This document shows positions 45,972 through 56,421 of a stretch of 64,000 bases of DNA, piece after piece. The DNA is from an uncultured Alphaproteobacteria bacterium (lineage in GTDB: Bacteria > Pseudomonadota > Alphaproteobacteria > RF32 > CAG-239). A program made the position numbers and the translations under genes. The notes below the pieces were generated by a model, which worked only from the letters and a program-made list of their open reading frames with translations, was not told the DNA's origin and did not search any database. The stretch is taken from positions 31,441-95,440 of the forward strand of contig CALXWH010000002.1 of assembly GCA_944392315.1 (NCBI GenBank). The letters are read 5' to 3'. Position 1 is the stretch's first letter; each line of letters starts with the position of its first letter.

Positions 45972-47654
45972 TCAAAATAAACTGGGATTGTTATCTTTGT
46001 TTACCAATACTTCTGCGGCGGCACGCGCTTCCCTGGTGATTTTTTCACCTGCCAGCATACGAGCTATCTCTTCAATTTTGCCGGAAGAATCTAATTTTTT
46101 CAGACTAGTGGTTGTTTGATTATCTATCGTGTGTTTTTCTACTTTAAAATGTTCATTGCTAAAGGCAGCCACTTGAGGAGAATGGGTTACAACCATTACC
46201 TGAACCTTTTCTCCCAGTCTTGCTAAACGCTCTCCAACAGCTTCCGCTGTCGCTCCTCCTATTCCTGTATCTATTTCATCAAATATAAGTGTTTCTTGGC
46301 TGGAATTTTGTGCTAAATTTACTTTTAAGGCCAGCATAAATCTGGATAATTCTCCTCCGGAGGCTATTTTATTCAAAGCTCCCATTGGGGTATTGGGATT
46401 TGTTGATACTTCAAAGCAGACTGTATCCCATCCTTTTTCTGACCATTGTGTCTCCTCTTTTGGTGTGATTACTGTTTTAAATACAGCTTTTTCCATTTTG
46501 AGAGGTGGGAGTTCTTTCATTATATTTTTATCTAGTTTTTGTGCTGTTTCTTGTCTTTTTATACTCAACTTTTGTGCCGATGAAATATACTTTTCTTTTA
46601 GTTTCTTTACTTCTTCGCGCATTTCATTCAAGTTATCTTCACCACTTTGCAACGAATGCAATGCCTCTGATAATTCATCTAATTTCTCTGGCAATAGCTC
46701 TATTTCTGTTTGGTGTTTTTTGGCAACACTACGCAATGCAAAAAGTCTTGTTTCTATATCATCTATTTCACTTTGATTAAGACTTATGTCTGCAGAACTT
46801 GCTTCAATACGTTCCACCGCGTCATTCAAGCTATACAGCGCTGTTTCTATGTTCTGCTCAATATCCGCATACTTACCATTTACTATCTCGTTTGCTCGTG
46901 ATATGGCATTTTGTGCTTTTGATATTTGATCTAATACTGAATTTCCGCCATTTAGGTATGAATAAGCTGCATTTAATTTTTCTATTATCTTTTCTGCGTT
47001 CATCAATTCACTGCGGCGATTGCGCAGAATTTCTTCTTCTCCTTTCTTGGGAGCAAGCTTTTCCAGCTCTTGAACCCAGTGTTTTAGATTATCCTCATCT
47101 TCTTTGGCTTTATTTAGTTGAGCTTCCTTTTCTTTTAATTTTTTAGAAGCTTCCTTGTAATTTATAAAATCTTCTTTTGTTGTCTGAAGTTCTGTTTCAT
47201 ATTTTCCATAGATGTCTAATATATCACAATGCGTCGCAGGGTTTAATAATCCTTGATTATCATGCTGACCGTGTATTTCTATTAAATTCTGACTTAGTTC
47301 TCTTAATAGCTTTAGCGTGATTATTTGGTCATTAAACAGTATTTTGCCTTTCCCCTCCGCTGTGATGGTTCTTTTGATGATTATATCGCCATCTATCTCT
47401 AAATCATAGTCTTTGGCGATTTCATAAATCTTGTTATTGGGTTGTACTTCAAAAACTCCTGTAACGGATAATTTATCTGTTCCGCTGCGTACTAATGATG
47501 CTTCTGAGCGATTTCCCAGTAATAATCCCAGAGAATCCAGTAAAATTGATTTACCTGCGCCGGTTTCACCACTCAAAACCGTTAGTCCTTCTTTAAAATC
47601 TATGTCTAAGCTGTCTATTAAAACGACATTTCTTATTGATAAGGTTTTGAGCAT
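45972..47654 (-). CDS. recN: DNA repair protein RecN (SMC-like ATPase).
   Basis: N-terminal Walker A (…GETGAGKSIL…), long coiled coil, C-terminal signature and Walker B (…GGELSRFMLALK… / …LIFDEIDTGIGG…). Confidence 0.9.
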   Translation of the reverse strand: MLKTLSIRNVVLIDSLDIDFKEGLTVLSGETGAGKSILLDSLGLLLGNRSEASLVRSGTDKLSVTGVFEVQPNNKIYEIAKDYDLEIDGDIIIKRTITAEGKGKILFNDQIITLKLLRELSQNLIEIHGQHDNQGLLNPATHCDILDIYGKYETELQTTKEDFINYKEASKKLKEKEAQLNKAKEDEDNLKHWVQELEKLAPKKGEEEILRNRRSELMNAEKIIEKLNAAYSYLNGGNSVLDQISKAQNAISRANEIVNGKYADIEQNIETALYSLNDAVERIEASSADISLNQSEIDDIETRLFALRSVAKKHQTEIELLPEKLDELSEALHSLQSGEDNLNEMREEVKKLKEKYISSAQKLSIKRQETAQKLDKNIMKELPPLKMEKAVFKTVITPKEETQWSEKGWDTVCFEVSTNPNTPMGALNKIASGGELSRFMLALKVNLAQNSSQETLIFDEIDTGIGGATAEAVGERLARLGEKVQVMVVTHSPQVAAFSNEHFKVEKHTIDNQTTTSLKKLDSSGKIEEIARMLAGEKITREARAAAEVLVNKDNNPSLF

Positions 47655-47663
47655 TGTTTGATA

Positions 47664-48416
47664 TTAGTCCTTTGATACTAATTTTGAAGCCATCTTTGAC
47701 CATTTACTATCAGGATAATTGCGGCGCAAGATTGCTTCTTTTTTCGTCGCTTCATCATCCAAGCCTAGCAATGTGTATATTTCTACTTCTCTGTACAAAG
47801 CTTCTTCTATTTGACTAGTTGTTTGGTAAACATCTGTTACAGTTGAAAATCTGTTGAGGGCGGAAATATATTCTTTATTTTCTAAATAATACCGACCAAC
47901 ACTCATCTCGTGGCCTGCTAAGTGATCTTCTATTAAAGCCATTTTTGCTTTTGCATCTTTGGCGTATTCGCTATCAGGGAACATAGCTATAACTTGCGAA
48001 AATGTTTCATAAGCATCTTTTGTTGAGGATTGTTCTTTTTCTGACGGTGCTATTTGGTCATAGTAGCAAACACCTTTTAGGTAAAAAGCGTAGGCAATAT
48101 CTTTGTTTCCTGGGTGTAATCTGATAAATCTATCTAGAGCAGCGATTGCGTCATCGTATTTTTCATCTTTATAGTAGGCATAAGCACTCATCAATTTAGA
48201 CTTTGTTGCCCATTTTGAGTATGGGTGCTCCATCTCTACTTTATCAAAGGTTTCAGCCGCCTTTTGATATGAAGTTTTGTTTAGATAGTCATAAGCCTCA
48301 TTATACAAAGTTTCTGCACTTTTATCTTCATCATTAATCGGTTCTTCTGTTTTTGTTGCGCATCCTCCTATGAACATCAGTCCAATTATAGGCAAAATAT
48401 ACAGAAACTTTCTCAT
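47664..48416 (-). CDS. bamD: Outer membrane assembly lipoprotein BamD (TPR).
   Basis: Lipobox (MFIGGC), TPR-like helices, and position between recN and lpxC as in many proteobacteria. Confidence 0.7.
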   Translation of the reverse strand: MRKFLYILPIIGLMFIGGCATKTEEPINDEDKSAETLYNEAYDYLNKTSYQKAAETFDKVEMEHPYSKWATKSKLMSAYAYYKDEKYDDAIAALDRFIRLHPGNKDIAYAFYLKGVCYYDQIAPSEKEQSSTKDAYETFSQVIAMFPDSEYAKDAKAKMALIEDHLAGHEMSVGRYYLENKEYISALNRFSTVTDVYQTTSQIEEALYREVEIYTLLGLDDEATKKEAILRRNYPDSKWSKMASKLVSKD

Positions 48417-48427
48417 TTTTCCCTCTC

Positions 48428-49282
48428 TTACAAAATTTCATAATTATCAGTTGACGCAAACAACCGTTTTAATACTTCGTTATTATGATAGTGTCCGCTT
48501 TTATTAGCAACAACTTTTGCTAATATATAGTATCCGGATGTATATAAATCACCTATAGTATCCATTACTTTGTGATTAACACATTCATTTTGCAGGCGAA
48601 ATCCTCCAGGATTTAATATTTTTTCTCCATCTAGAACCACCGCATTATCTAACGACCCTCCTTTTATCAGGCCGATGGACTGCAGATAGTCTACTTGATA
48701 TTTTTCACAAAATGTCCGGCAGGGAGCTATTTCTTCAGCAAACGTCTTCCCTGTTATATCTTCATCAAAATGCTGATGACCTACAATTTTTGAAGGAAAC
48801 TCAATATCAAAGCAAATATGCAATTTGTCGGCCGGATATAAGCTAACACTTCCGCCTTTTCCATCTTCAAAAGTTATTTCTTTTTTGACTTTCAAAAATT
48901 TGCTAGGGGCCTTTTGTTGTTCCAATTTCTCTTTTTGAAGGATGTTTAGAAATTCTTGCCCACTACCATCTAGAATCGGTATTTCCGGATTGTTTATTTT
49001 AATAAGAGCGTTGTCTATTCCCAAAATGTAAAACACAGACATTATATGTTCTATCGTGCTCACTATATTTTGTTTGTCTGTTCCCAAACAAGTGCAATTA
49101 CGTGTATCAACAACATGGCTATATAGAGCTGGGATTATTTCAGCATCCTTAATATCAGTTCTTTGAAAACGGATTCCATAGTTTTCAGGTGCCGGATTTA
49201 TCTCTATCACCGAAGCACAACCTGAATGTAATCCAATACCTTTAATTTCTATCGTCTTTTTTAAGGTGTGTTGATATTGCAT
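48428..49282 (-). CDS. lpxC: UDP-3-O-acyl-N-acetylglucosamine deacetylase.
   Basis: N-terminus MQYQHTLKKTIEIKGIGLHSG… and zinc-binding His/Asp motifs (…HHNNEV… near the C-terminus). Confidence 0.9.
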   Translation of the reverse strand: MQYQHTLKKTIEIKGIGLHSGCASVIEINPAPENYGIRFQRTDIKDAEIIPALYSHVVDTRNCTCLGTDKQNIVSTIEHIMSVFYILGIDNALIKINNPEIPILDGSGQEFLNILQKEKLEQQKAPSKFLKVKKEITFEDGKGGSVSLYPADKLHICFDIEFPSKIVGHQHFDEDITGKTFAEEIAPCRTFCEKYQVDYLQSIGLIKGGSLDNAVVLDGEKILNPGGFRLQNECVNHKVMDTIGDLYTSGYYILAKVVANKSGHYHNNEVLKRLFASTDNYEIL

Positions 49283-49302
49283 ATTTTTCTCCTTCTAAAA
49301 TC

Positions 49303-49692
49303 TTAGGTGGTCTGTAAGCCGAGTTCTGTTCTTATCATTTGCTTTACATATTGTAAAGATTCTAAGTGATAGCTATTCATCTAGACCAAATGTTGCCATT
49401 TGGTTCAAGCGACCTACCTCTGGAGCAGAGTGGAAACACTCCTTATAACGATTTGTATCGCCCTCCTAATTTGGTCTTGCGTCAAGCAGGGTTTACCTTG
49501 CCAAAGTATATTGCTATCTTTGCGGTGAGCTCTTACCTCGCCTTTTCAACCTTACCAAAGCCTGTTTGGCGGTAATTTTCTGTGGCACTTTCCCTTGGAT
49601 TTCTCCAGCCGGACGTTATCCGGTACCTTGTTTCCATGACGCTCGGACTTTCCTCACCAAGTATCCTTAGCGCAGCTATCCGACCACCTTGT
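49303..49692 (-). ncRNA. rnpB: RNase P RNA (bacterial type A, rnpB).
   Basis: On the minus strand the P4 5' strand GGAAAGTCCGAGC and the P4 3' strand ACAGAACTCGGCTTAC are present. Also …GGCAAGGTAAACCCTGCTTGACGCAAGACCAAATTAGGAGG… matches the conserved GGTAAACCCC…ACCAAATAGG region. The 5' AGGTGGTC pairs with the 3' GACCACCT to form P1. The ORF-track entry 49366-49575 (+) falls inside this RNA and is spurious. Confidence 0.8.
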
Positions 49693-49854
49693 TTCTAGGC
49701 TTATCACACTTTATTATAAAATCAATATTTTTAAAGCTCTTTACATATGGCAAAAAAAAATTTACCTTTTATTAACTTTTTACTTGTTTTGTTTAAATTT
49801 TGTGTTATTTTGTCCACGAATCTATTTTAGGACTATTTATCGGAGTTTTCTCTA

Positions 49855-50475
49855 ATGACAAAAAACAATAAAAATATTTTAAGTTTATTCTTAGCAATTG
49901 CGGTTACTCTTTTAACAAATTCTGCTTTTGCAGAATGCGATGGATTCTATATAGCTGGACGTGCCGGTTTTGCTAAATATGAAATTGAAGATAACAGAAG
50001 TGGGGTTACCCAAAATATTTCTGACTACGTTGTTGATAAGCAAAGATTTCTTGCAAGTGGTGCTCTTGGATATAGATATGAACATTTTAGAGCAGAAATT
50101 GAGTATGTTTGGAGAGACAGAAATAGCGGCAGCTTATCCGACTTTGCTGATGCAAAGTTTAAATCTCGTTCTTATATGTTTGTTGTTTATTACGACTTTT
50201 TCCCTTACTCTTGGTTTACTCCTTTTGTTAATGCAGGTATTGGCTGGTCTGATCATAGTCTCTCTATTGACAACAGATTAGCCCCTAAATATGAAAAAAT
50301 TGATGAAACAAACTTTACTTGGTCCTTAGGCGCTGGTATTTCTGCTAAAATTACCAACAGATGGAATCTTGATGTTGGTTATCGTTATTATGATATGGGT
50401 AGTTTGGACGCTTATAACGGCGACACAACTGTTACAGACCAAGAAGTTTATGTCGGTTTAAGATATGTTTTGTAA
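49855..50475 (+). CDS. Omp25/Omp31-family (OmpA-like 8-strand) outer membrane beta-barrel protein.
   Basis: Signal peptide, alternating amphipathic beta-strands, C-terminal …VGLRYVL. Resembles the Rhizobiales Omp25/RopB family. Confidence 0.7.
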   Translation: MTKNNKNILSLFLAIAVTLLTNSAFAECDGFYIAGRAGFAKYEIEDNRSGVTQNISDYVVDKQRFLASGALGYRYEHFRAEIEYVWRDRNSGSLSDFADAKFKSRSYMFVVYYDFFPYSWFTPFVNAGIGWSDHSLSIDNRLAPKYEKIDETNFTWSLGAGISAKITNRWNLDVGYRYYDMGSLDAYNGDTTVTDQEVYVGLRYVL

Positions 50476-50522
50476 TTCAAACGTATTTTAATATCTTTCA
50501 TAACGTAAATATTTCTTGAAAT

Positions 50523-50563
50523 AAGTATCTCTGAGTTTTATCCTTAGAGATACTTAATTTTTA
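50523..50563 (+). terminator. Terminator after the omp25-like gene.
   Basis: aagtatctct…agagatactt 10-bp stem followed by aatttttat. Confidence 0.6.
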
Positions 50564-50576
50564 TAAAGGAGCATTT

Positions 50577-51932
50577 ATGAGTAATAAATTATTCGGAACA
50601 GATGGTGTTAGAGGTGTTGTTAATACATTCCCAATGACAGCCGAATTTGCGCTTAAATTAGCTAAAATTCTTAGCAAAACAGCTTGTTTTACACATAAAA
50701 AAGTTGCTATTGGTAAAGACACTAGAGCTTCGGGTGATATGTTAGAGGCAGCTTTAAGTGCTGGATTTATGTCTTGCGGTGTTTCTGTTATTTATCTCGG
50801 AGTTGTTCCTACACCCCTTGTTACTCTTAAAACACCGCAACTTGGTGTTGATATGGCCTTGATGATTACAGCATCTCATAATCCTTATCAAGACAATGGT
50901 ATCAAACTCATAAATGCTGACGGAGATAAGTTTCCAGATAATTTTTATGCTAAAATTGAACAACTTCTTGCTGACGAATCGGAATCTAATATACAAAATT
51001 CAGCTACTTCTGTTGGTGTTTTGCAAAAAAATGATGATATAGTTGAACAGTATATTAGCGATATGCGACAAATTGCACCCAATTATAAGGCTTTGCAGGG
51101 GCTTCGTGTTGTCTTGGACTGTGCCAATGGCGCCTACTCTTATATTCTTCCACAAACATTTAAAGATTTGGGAGCAGGTGTAATTGCTATCAACAATCAA
51201 CCTAATGGTTTTAATATCAATGAAAATTGTGGTTCACAACATACAGAAAACTTATCTCATATGGTTGTGGATACACACGCTCATTTTGGCGTTGCTGTTG
51301 ATGGTGATGGGGACAGAATTATTCTTGTGGATGATAAAGGCAACATCATTGATGGTGACCAGTTACTTTGCTTTTTGGCACTTTATTTGAAAAAGCATAA
51401 CCAACTTGCTAATAATACCGTTATTAGTACGGAATGGTCTAATTTGGGTTTAGGACAGTATTTTGCTGCTCATGATTTTCTTTATTTTAAGAGCAAAGTC
51501 GGCGAGAGATATGTTATTGATTTGATGAAAGAAAAATCAGCCATCCTTGGTGGGGAAGTTGTTGGTCATATTGTTTTATCCCAATATGCCAAAACAGGCG
51601 ATGCTTTAGCAGCTGCGATAACTATTGCTTTGGCTTATCTTGAAGAGAAAAAGCCGCTTAGTGAAATCTTTCCGATTTTTACACCGTTCCCTTGTCTTAT
51701 TGAAAATATTCGTTTTTCAAACGCTCAATATATGTCTGACAGTGTTGAGCATGATGACGTTAAAAAGGCACTCATAGAGTGCAAACAGTTACTAGGTGAG
51801 CCGAGTACGCTTATTGCACGGAAATCCGGCACGGAACCAGTTATAAAATTACGGGTAGAAGGGCAGAATGCAGATATTGTTCAGCAAGTTGCCCAACGTT
51901 TGAAACAACTTATTTCCCAATATCAAAAGTAA
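50577..51932 (+). CDS. glmM: Phosphoglucosamine mutase.
   Basis: Active-site Ser loop (…ITASHNPYQDNGIK…), metal-binding DGDGDR, 451 aa. Confidence 0.9.
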   Translation: MSNKLFGTDGVRGVVNTFPMTAEFALKLAKILSKTACFTHKKVAIGKDTRASGDMLEAALSAGFMSCGVSVIYLGVVPTPLVTLKTPQLGVDMALMITASHNPYQDNGIKLINADGDKFPDNFYAKIEQLLADESESNIQNSATSVGVLQKNDDIVEQYISDMRQIAPNYKALQGLRVVLDCANGAYSYILPQTFKDLGAGVIAINNQPNGFNINENCGSQHTENLSHMVVDTHAHFGVAVDGDGDRIILVDDKGNIIDGDQLLCFLALYLKKHNQLANNTVISTEWSNLGLGQYFAAHDFLYFKSKVGERYVIDLMKEKSAILGGEVVGHIVLSQYAKTGDALAAAITIALAYLEEKKPLSEIFPIFTPFPCLIENIRFSNAQYMSDSVEHDDVKKALIECKQLLGEPSTLIARKSGTEPVIKLRVEGQNADIVQQVAQRLKQLISQYQK

Positions 51933-51935
51933 TTA

Positions 51936-51963
51936 AAGGAGCCTTAAAGGGCTCCTCTTTTTA
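51936..51963. terminator. Bidirectional terminator between glmM and the convergent TPR gene.
   Basis: ggagcc-ttaaa-gggctcc flanked by A-run and T-run. Confidence 0.6.
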
Positions 51964-53781
51964 TTCTGTTATGTTATTAAGACTATGCAGATTCTCTCTT
52001 ATTTTTGCATCTTTTATGGTTAAACTCGGTGTTTTTCTTAAACCGTTCTCTATTTTGTTTTTAACCTTTTTGACATTCAATTCTTCTTGATCATCCTTTT
52101 GGGTTAATGCTTGTTTCCACAAAAATACTGCTTCATTTTTTCTTCCACCGTACCAATAGGCATCCCCTAAGTGGTCGCTGATAATTGCATTTTGCGGATT
52201 TAATTCAGATGCTTTTTCTAAATATGTAATGGCATTATCATAATCGCCGGTTTTGAAATAAACCCAACCCAGACTATCCATAATAATTCCATCATTCGGG
52301 TCTTTTTCGTATGCCTCCAAAATCATCGCTGCTGCATTATCTGTGTTTGTATTATATTTTAACCAACTATAGCCCAAATAATTTAAAACTTGAGGATGGC
52401 GATTGCTTAACTTTAAGGCTTTTTTCAAACTCTCTTCAGCTTTGCTCCATTCATTGTTTCGGTCATAAGAAACAGCTAAAGCATAATAAACAGGCCAATA
52501 TTTTTCACTTTCGTAAAAAATTGATTGCAATGCTTCATTATAATACTTTATCGCTTCGGGCTGATTATCGCTAATACGCAATATATCACCTAGATTGAAA
52601 AGTATTTGAAAGTTATTCGGGTTATCTCTAAGCAATTTTTTCAGCACTTTAGTGGCTTCTTTGTATTTCTTTTCTGCTGCTAAATTATTTGCTTTTCTCA
52701 TTTGAGCAGGATAGTACATCTCTGAAGTTTCATTGATATCCTCATAATATTTATTTGCTTCTTTAAGCATCTGGCGTTCTTCAAAAATATCCGCCATAGC
52801 AATCTTGGTTATATCATTATCTGGATTAAAATATTCTGACATGGCCATATATATCTGAGCATAATCATACCCGACCGGTATTGATTTGAACAATAAAGCA
52901 ATTTCCAGAAACACCTCGCCGGCTCCTTTACTCGCTGTATCTATCAGTTTTGGGGTTTTAGAATCGCCATTTTCCACTTTATTTTTTAAGCAAGTCAGCA
53001 TTTCTTTTAGGTTTGCTGAGCCATAATATTTGGTCACAAGTTTTACGGCTTTTTCTTTTTCACCGGTTCTTACATAAAAATTGGATATAATTTGCAATGC
53101 ACGAAAAGACATATCACTTGCTTTATCATTGATTATAAATGAATAATACTTATCTGCCTCTTCGTTTTTATCAAAATATTCTGCTATCAGACCTCTATGC
53201 AGGCTGTATACCGTTTTCATATCTTCTTCTTTTGAAATCTTATCCAGCTCTTTTGTGGCCTCCTCATAATTATTTTCTCCGACATAGCTCCACGCGTTAA
53301 AAAGTGGTGTAATCAATTTGCGGTATGTTTTTTCTTGAATATTGTTCATTTCTGCGCGGGCAAATTTATAATTTTCGTGCTTAAAGAGTTTTACCGCGTT
53401 GATAATGTCTATAAAATTATTTTTATCCCCGTTTTGGCGGGCAATATTGGCATACTTTGCTGCTTCATCTATTTTTCCTTGTGAAGCTAAAATGATATAT
53501 GTTTTGCCTAAAATATCCTTATTAACCATTCCTTTTTCAATGGTCTTCATATAGTATCGCGCTGCACTATCATAATCTTGGCGTAAATGAGCTATTCTAC
53601 CAGCAAGATAATTGCCGTAGGCTGTTTCTTTTCTCTGCAAGTAAACTATTTCTTGTGAATACTCGGGCACACTAATAAAATTTCCCGTACAAGAATTAAA
53701 TAAACCTATTCCGCTTAGAAGGGTGATAATGTAGCTTGCTTTTAACATTTCCTTTAATTTTCCTGTTGATTGCTTAAACAT
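51961..53781 (-). CDS. Large TPR-repeat protein with an N-terminal signal or anchor (606 aa).
   Basis: Many 34-residue TPR-like repeats (…AIKYYNEALQ…, …NYLGYSWLK…). No catalytic motif. Confidence 0.65.
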   Translation of the reverse strand: MFKQSTGKLKEMLKASYIITLLSGIGLFNSCTGNFISVPEYSQEIVYLQRKETAYGNYLAGRIAHLRQDYDSAARYYMKTIEKGMVNKDILGKTYIILASQGKIDEAAKYANIARQNGDKNNFIDIINAVKLFKHENYKFARAEMNNIQEKTYRKLITPLFNAWSYVGENNYEEATKELDKISKEEDMKTVYSLHRGLIAEYFDKNEEADKYYSFIINDKASDMSFRALQIISNFYVRTGEKEKAVKLVTKYYGSANLKEMLTCLKNKVENGDSKTPKLIDTASKGAGEVFLEIALLFKSIPVGYDYAQIYMAMSEYFNPDNDITKIAMADIFEERQMLKEANKYYEDINETSEMYYPAQMRKANNLAAEKKYKEATKVLKKLLRDNPNNFQILFNLGDILRISDNQPEAIKYYNEALQSIFYESEKYWPVYYALAVSYDRNNEWSKAEESLKKALKLSNRHPQVLNYLGYSWLKYNTNTDNAAAMILEAYEKDPNDGIIMDSLGWVYFKTGDYDNAITYLEKASELNPQNAIISDHLGDAYWYGGRKNEAVFLWKQALTQKDDQEELNVKKVKNKIENGLRKTPSLTIKDAKIRENLHSLNNITE

Positions 53782-53878
53782 TTTATCATTTTGCTCTTAA
53801 CTTTAAACCAAAATTATTATATTTGTGTAAATAATTGCTTTATATTGCAATAAAAAGTGTCTTATATATAATCTGGTT

Positions 53879-54706
53879 GTGATGGATAAACAAATTAACA
53901 TACAAGAAACACTTGATTGGTATATCTGGGCGGGCGTTACGGAAACTTGCGCAGATAGCGTTTGTTTATGCAAAGAACCGGAAAATATTCCTGCTATTGT
54001 TGCCGATAAAAAGGCACCTCGTTCTGAAACACCTTTAGTTAAAGTTGTTTCTCCGGCAGTTTCTCCGGCTAAAACAACTCTTAACACCGCTTCTTTTGAT
54101 AATATTGCAAAAAATGCTCGTGAGCTATGTGCTAAGGCAAACTCTCTTGAGGAATTAAAGAATTTAGTTCAACAATTTGACGGTTGTAATTTGAAAAAGA
54201 CTGCGGCTTCTACCGTTTTTGGGGATGGTTCCGCTCAAGCTAGACTTGTTCTTATCGGAGAAGCTCCCGGAGCTGATGAAGATAGAATCGGCTCGCCTTT
54301 TGTTGGAAAATGCGGTAAATTGCTGGATAAAATGCTTGCGGCTATTCATATAAATAGAGCCGATTGTTATATTACAAATGTTTTGCCTTGGCGTCCTCCT
54401 GGGAACAGAACCCCAACTGATGAAGAAATTGCTATATGCCTGCCTTTCTTAAAGCGGCAAATAGAATTGATTCAACCAGATTTTTTACTTTTGCTTGGGG
54501 GAATTGCTCTTAAAAGTTTGTTAGATATGCCTGATTCCATTTCCAGAACTCGCGGAAAATGGTTAGAGTATGTTATTGACGAACAAAAAAACGCCCAAGT
54601 GTTGGCAACATATCACCCATCTTATTTATTGCGTTCTCCGGCTCAAAAGGCAAAGGTCTGGAGCGATTTATTGCGTTTACAGAAAAAAATGAACAATGAT
54701 GAGTGA
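53879..54706 (+). CDS. Family 4 uracil-DNA glycosylase (Fe-S type) with an N-terminal extension.
   Basis: Motif A GEAPGADEDRIGSPFVGKCG and a C-terminal HPSYLLR motif. N-terminal Cys cluster (…CADSVCLC…). Confidence 0.75.
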   Translation: MMDKQINIQETLDWYIWAGVTETCADSVCLCKEPENIPAIVADKKAPRSETPLVKVVSPAVSPAKTTLNTASFDNIAKNARELCAKANSLEELKNLVQQFDGCNLKKTAASTVFGDGSAQARLVLIGEAPGADEDRIGSPFVGKCGKLLDKMLAAIHINRADCYITNVLPWRPPGNRTPTDEEIAICLPFLKRQIELIQPDFLLLLGGIALKSLLDMPDSISRTRGKWLEYVIDEQKNAQVLATYHPSYLLRSPAQKAKVWSDLLRLQKKMNNDE

Positions 54707-54794
54707 TTTTTGTGTATTTTTATTTTAATTAATAAAAATTAAACATTCTTTTGTTTATGATACACGCAAGACATAAGAATTTATGAGGTTTGAA

Positions 54795-55559
54795 ATGAAA
54801 AAATCGATGAAATTGGTAGCTGCTTTCCTTTTAGGCGTGGCTTTTATTCTTCCAACAGCTTCTTTTGCCGCAGAAAATGCTACAAAACCTAAGACTGCTG
54901 CAAAAAAAACAGCGGAGCCAACAACTCGTCCGGATGCAGTTATTTTTAAAATTCACGATATTGATCCTGTTTTGGAAGATGGTATTGTTAAGGGGTGCAA
55001 CTATATGATTACACTCTATAACAGAACCTCTATTAACTTCCGTACTTTTACCATTAACCTTTCTTGGCCGGATACAGTTGATGAACGTTTTAAGTTTGAC
55101 CGCTATGTAGAATCTCTCTTGGGGGTTGAAGAGGCAGACAAGCAGCGCTCTTTATTTGCTAAAGAAGATCCGTCCAAACCTGTTCAAACTTCTGTTACGG
55201 TTAACGCCTTTGGTGCAGATAAACAAATCTCCTTACGTTCTTATATGGATAATGAAAAATGCTACTTAATGTTATCTGATGCTCAATATACCGTTTCTCC
55301 TTGTGATATTGCTCGGAGCATGGATACTGTCGGGAGTTTTGGTGTAAGTGCCGAACAAAGCAATTGTACAGATCTTTTCCAGTTTGTAAGTACAAAGAAT
55401 CCTGAATATTTTGGCGAGTTTAAGCGTATCTCTGCCACAGAAGAGGCCGCTGCCAGCGAATCTGAAGAGAGCCGTGAATTATCTGATATTGACATTATTA
55501 TCGGTAAAATTGTTGAAAATATGGGCACGTCAGATAAGACTTTGACGAATATGTACTAA
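54795..55559 (+). CDS. Secreted hypothetical protein (signal peptide).
   Basis: MKKSMKLVAAFLLGVAFILPTASFAA signal sequence. No known domain. Confidence 0.5.
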   Translation: MKKSMKLVAAFLLGVAFILPTASFAAENATKPKTAAKKTAEPTTRPDAVIFKIHDIDPVLEDGIVKGCNYMITLYNRTSINFRTFTINLSWPDTVDERFKFDRYVESLLGVEEADKQRSLFAKEDPSKPVQTSVTVNAFGADKQISLRSYMDNEKCYLMLSDAQYTVSPCDIARSMDTVGSFGVSAEQSNCTDLFQFVSTKNPEYFGEFKRISATEEAAASESEESRELSDIDIIIGKIVENMGTSDKTLTNMY

Positions 55560-55615
55560 AATTATAAGCCGAATTTTAGTTCGGCTTTTTTATGATACTA
55601 TAGGGAGAAATGCAT

Positions 55616-56293
55616 ATGAAAAGAATTTATACCTATTTATTGGTGGCTCTTTGTGTTGTATGTCTTTCTTATCCCGTAAAAGCGCAAATTCTTGACGAAG
55701 CTCTTGATGATTTTGCGCCTCCTTCTCCATCAATAAATAGCAATAGCTCTGTAACTCAAAGTAGTGATGACAGTGAGGAGCTTTTTAATGAAATGTTTAG
55801 CGACCACTCTATCAGCGAACGCGAACCGGACAGAGTTGAAAATTTTGATAGCGCCGTTGAAAATACTGCTCAAGCTTTACAAGAAAGTGATGACTTGAAT
55901 GTAGCAACAAGAAAGCGTCCTGCGATGGAGCCGATTACAGGTGATTTGAAAATTGGAGTTGTTAAGGGGAGTTTTAGAGTTTTTCAGAGCTATTCGGGAA
56001 AAACTCAATGTACATTTCATGTTTTGCTAAAATCTGAAATGAATCGCGACATTAAATCTATGGGTATTAGATTAATTTATCCGCACAGAGCTTTTGCGTT
56101 TGTATTTAAAAATGTTGCCGCAAACACATCTCAGGAGCGCTCTATCACAACATCCGGAAATATTTGTTACACTTTTGGCGGGGTGCCGGATATGGAAGTT
56201 AACCTTTGCCGTATTGTTAATACCATTGATACGGAATGCGCAAAACGGCTAAAGTGGGATAATAACATGGAAGCGGCAAATCCTCAAGAATAG
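55616..56293 (+). CDS. Secreted hypothetical protein (signal peptide).
   Basis: MKRIYTYLLVALCVVCLSYPVKAQ signal. Acidic N-terminal region and a Cys-containing C-domain. Confidence 0.5.
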   Translation: MKRIYTYLLVALCVVCLSYPVKAQILDEALDDFAPPSPSINSNSSVTQSSDDSEELFNEMFSDHSISEREPDRVENFDSAVENTAQALQESDDLNVATRKRPAMEPITGDLKIGVVKGSFRVFQSYSGKTQCTFHVLLKSEMNRDIKSMGIRLIYPHRAFAFVFKNVAANTSQERSITTSGNICYTFGGVPDMEVNLCRIVNTIDTECAKRLKWDNNMEAANPQE

Positions 56294-56421
56294 CTTTTGC
56301 GATAAATTTTTATCTTTTTTCACTTATGGGGGCGGTTTTCGCTCCTTTTTTGTTCTAAAACTCTTGAAAAATGCTGCGAAATATGGTATAATTTTGTCTA
56401 GAAACATATAATTATTATATT

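Noticed and set aside
46393-47146. Several plus-strand ORFs of 60-127 aa.
   Set aside because: All lie antisense within recN.
49366-49575. 69-aa plus-strand ORF in the lpxC/omp25 intergenic region.
   Set aside because: It lies entirely inside, and antisense to, the RNase P RNA gene. It has no RBS and no coding signal.
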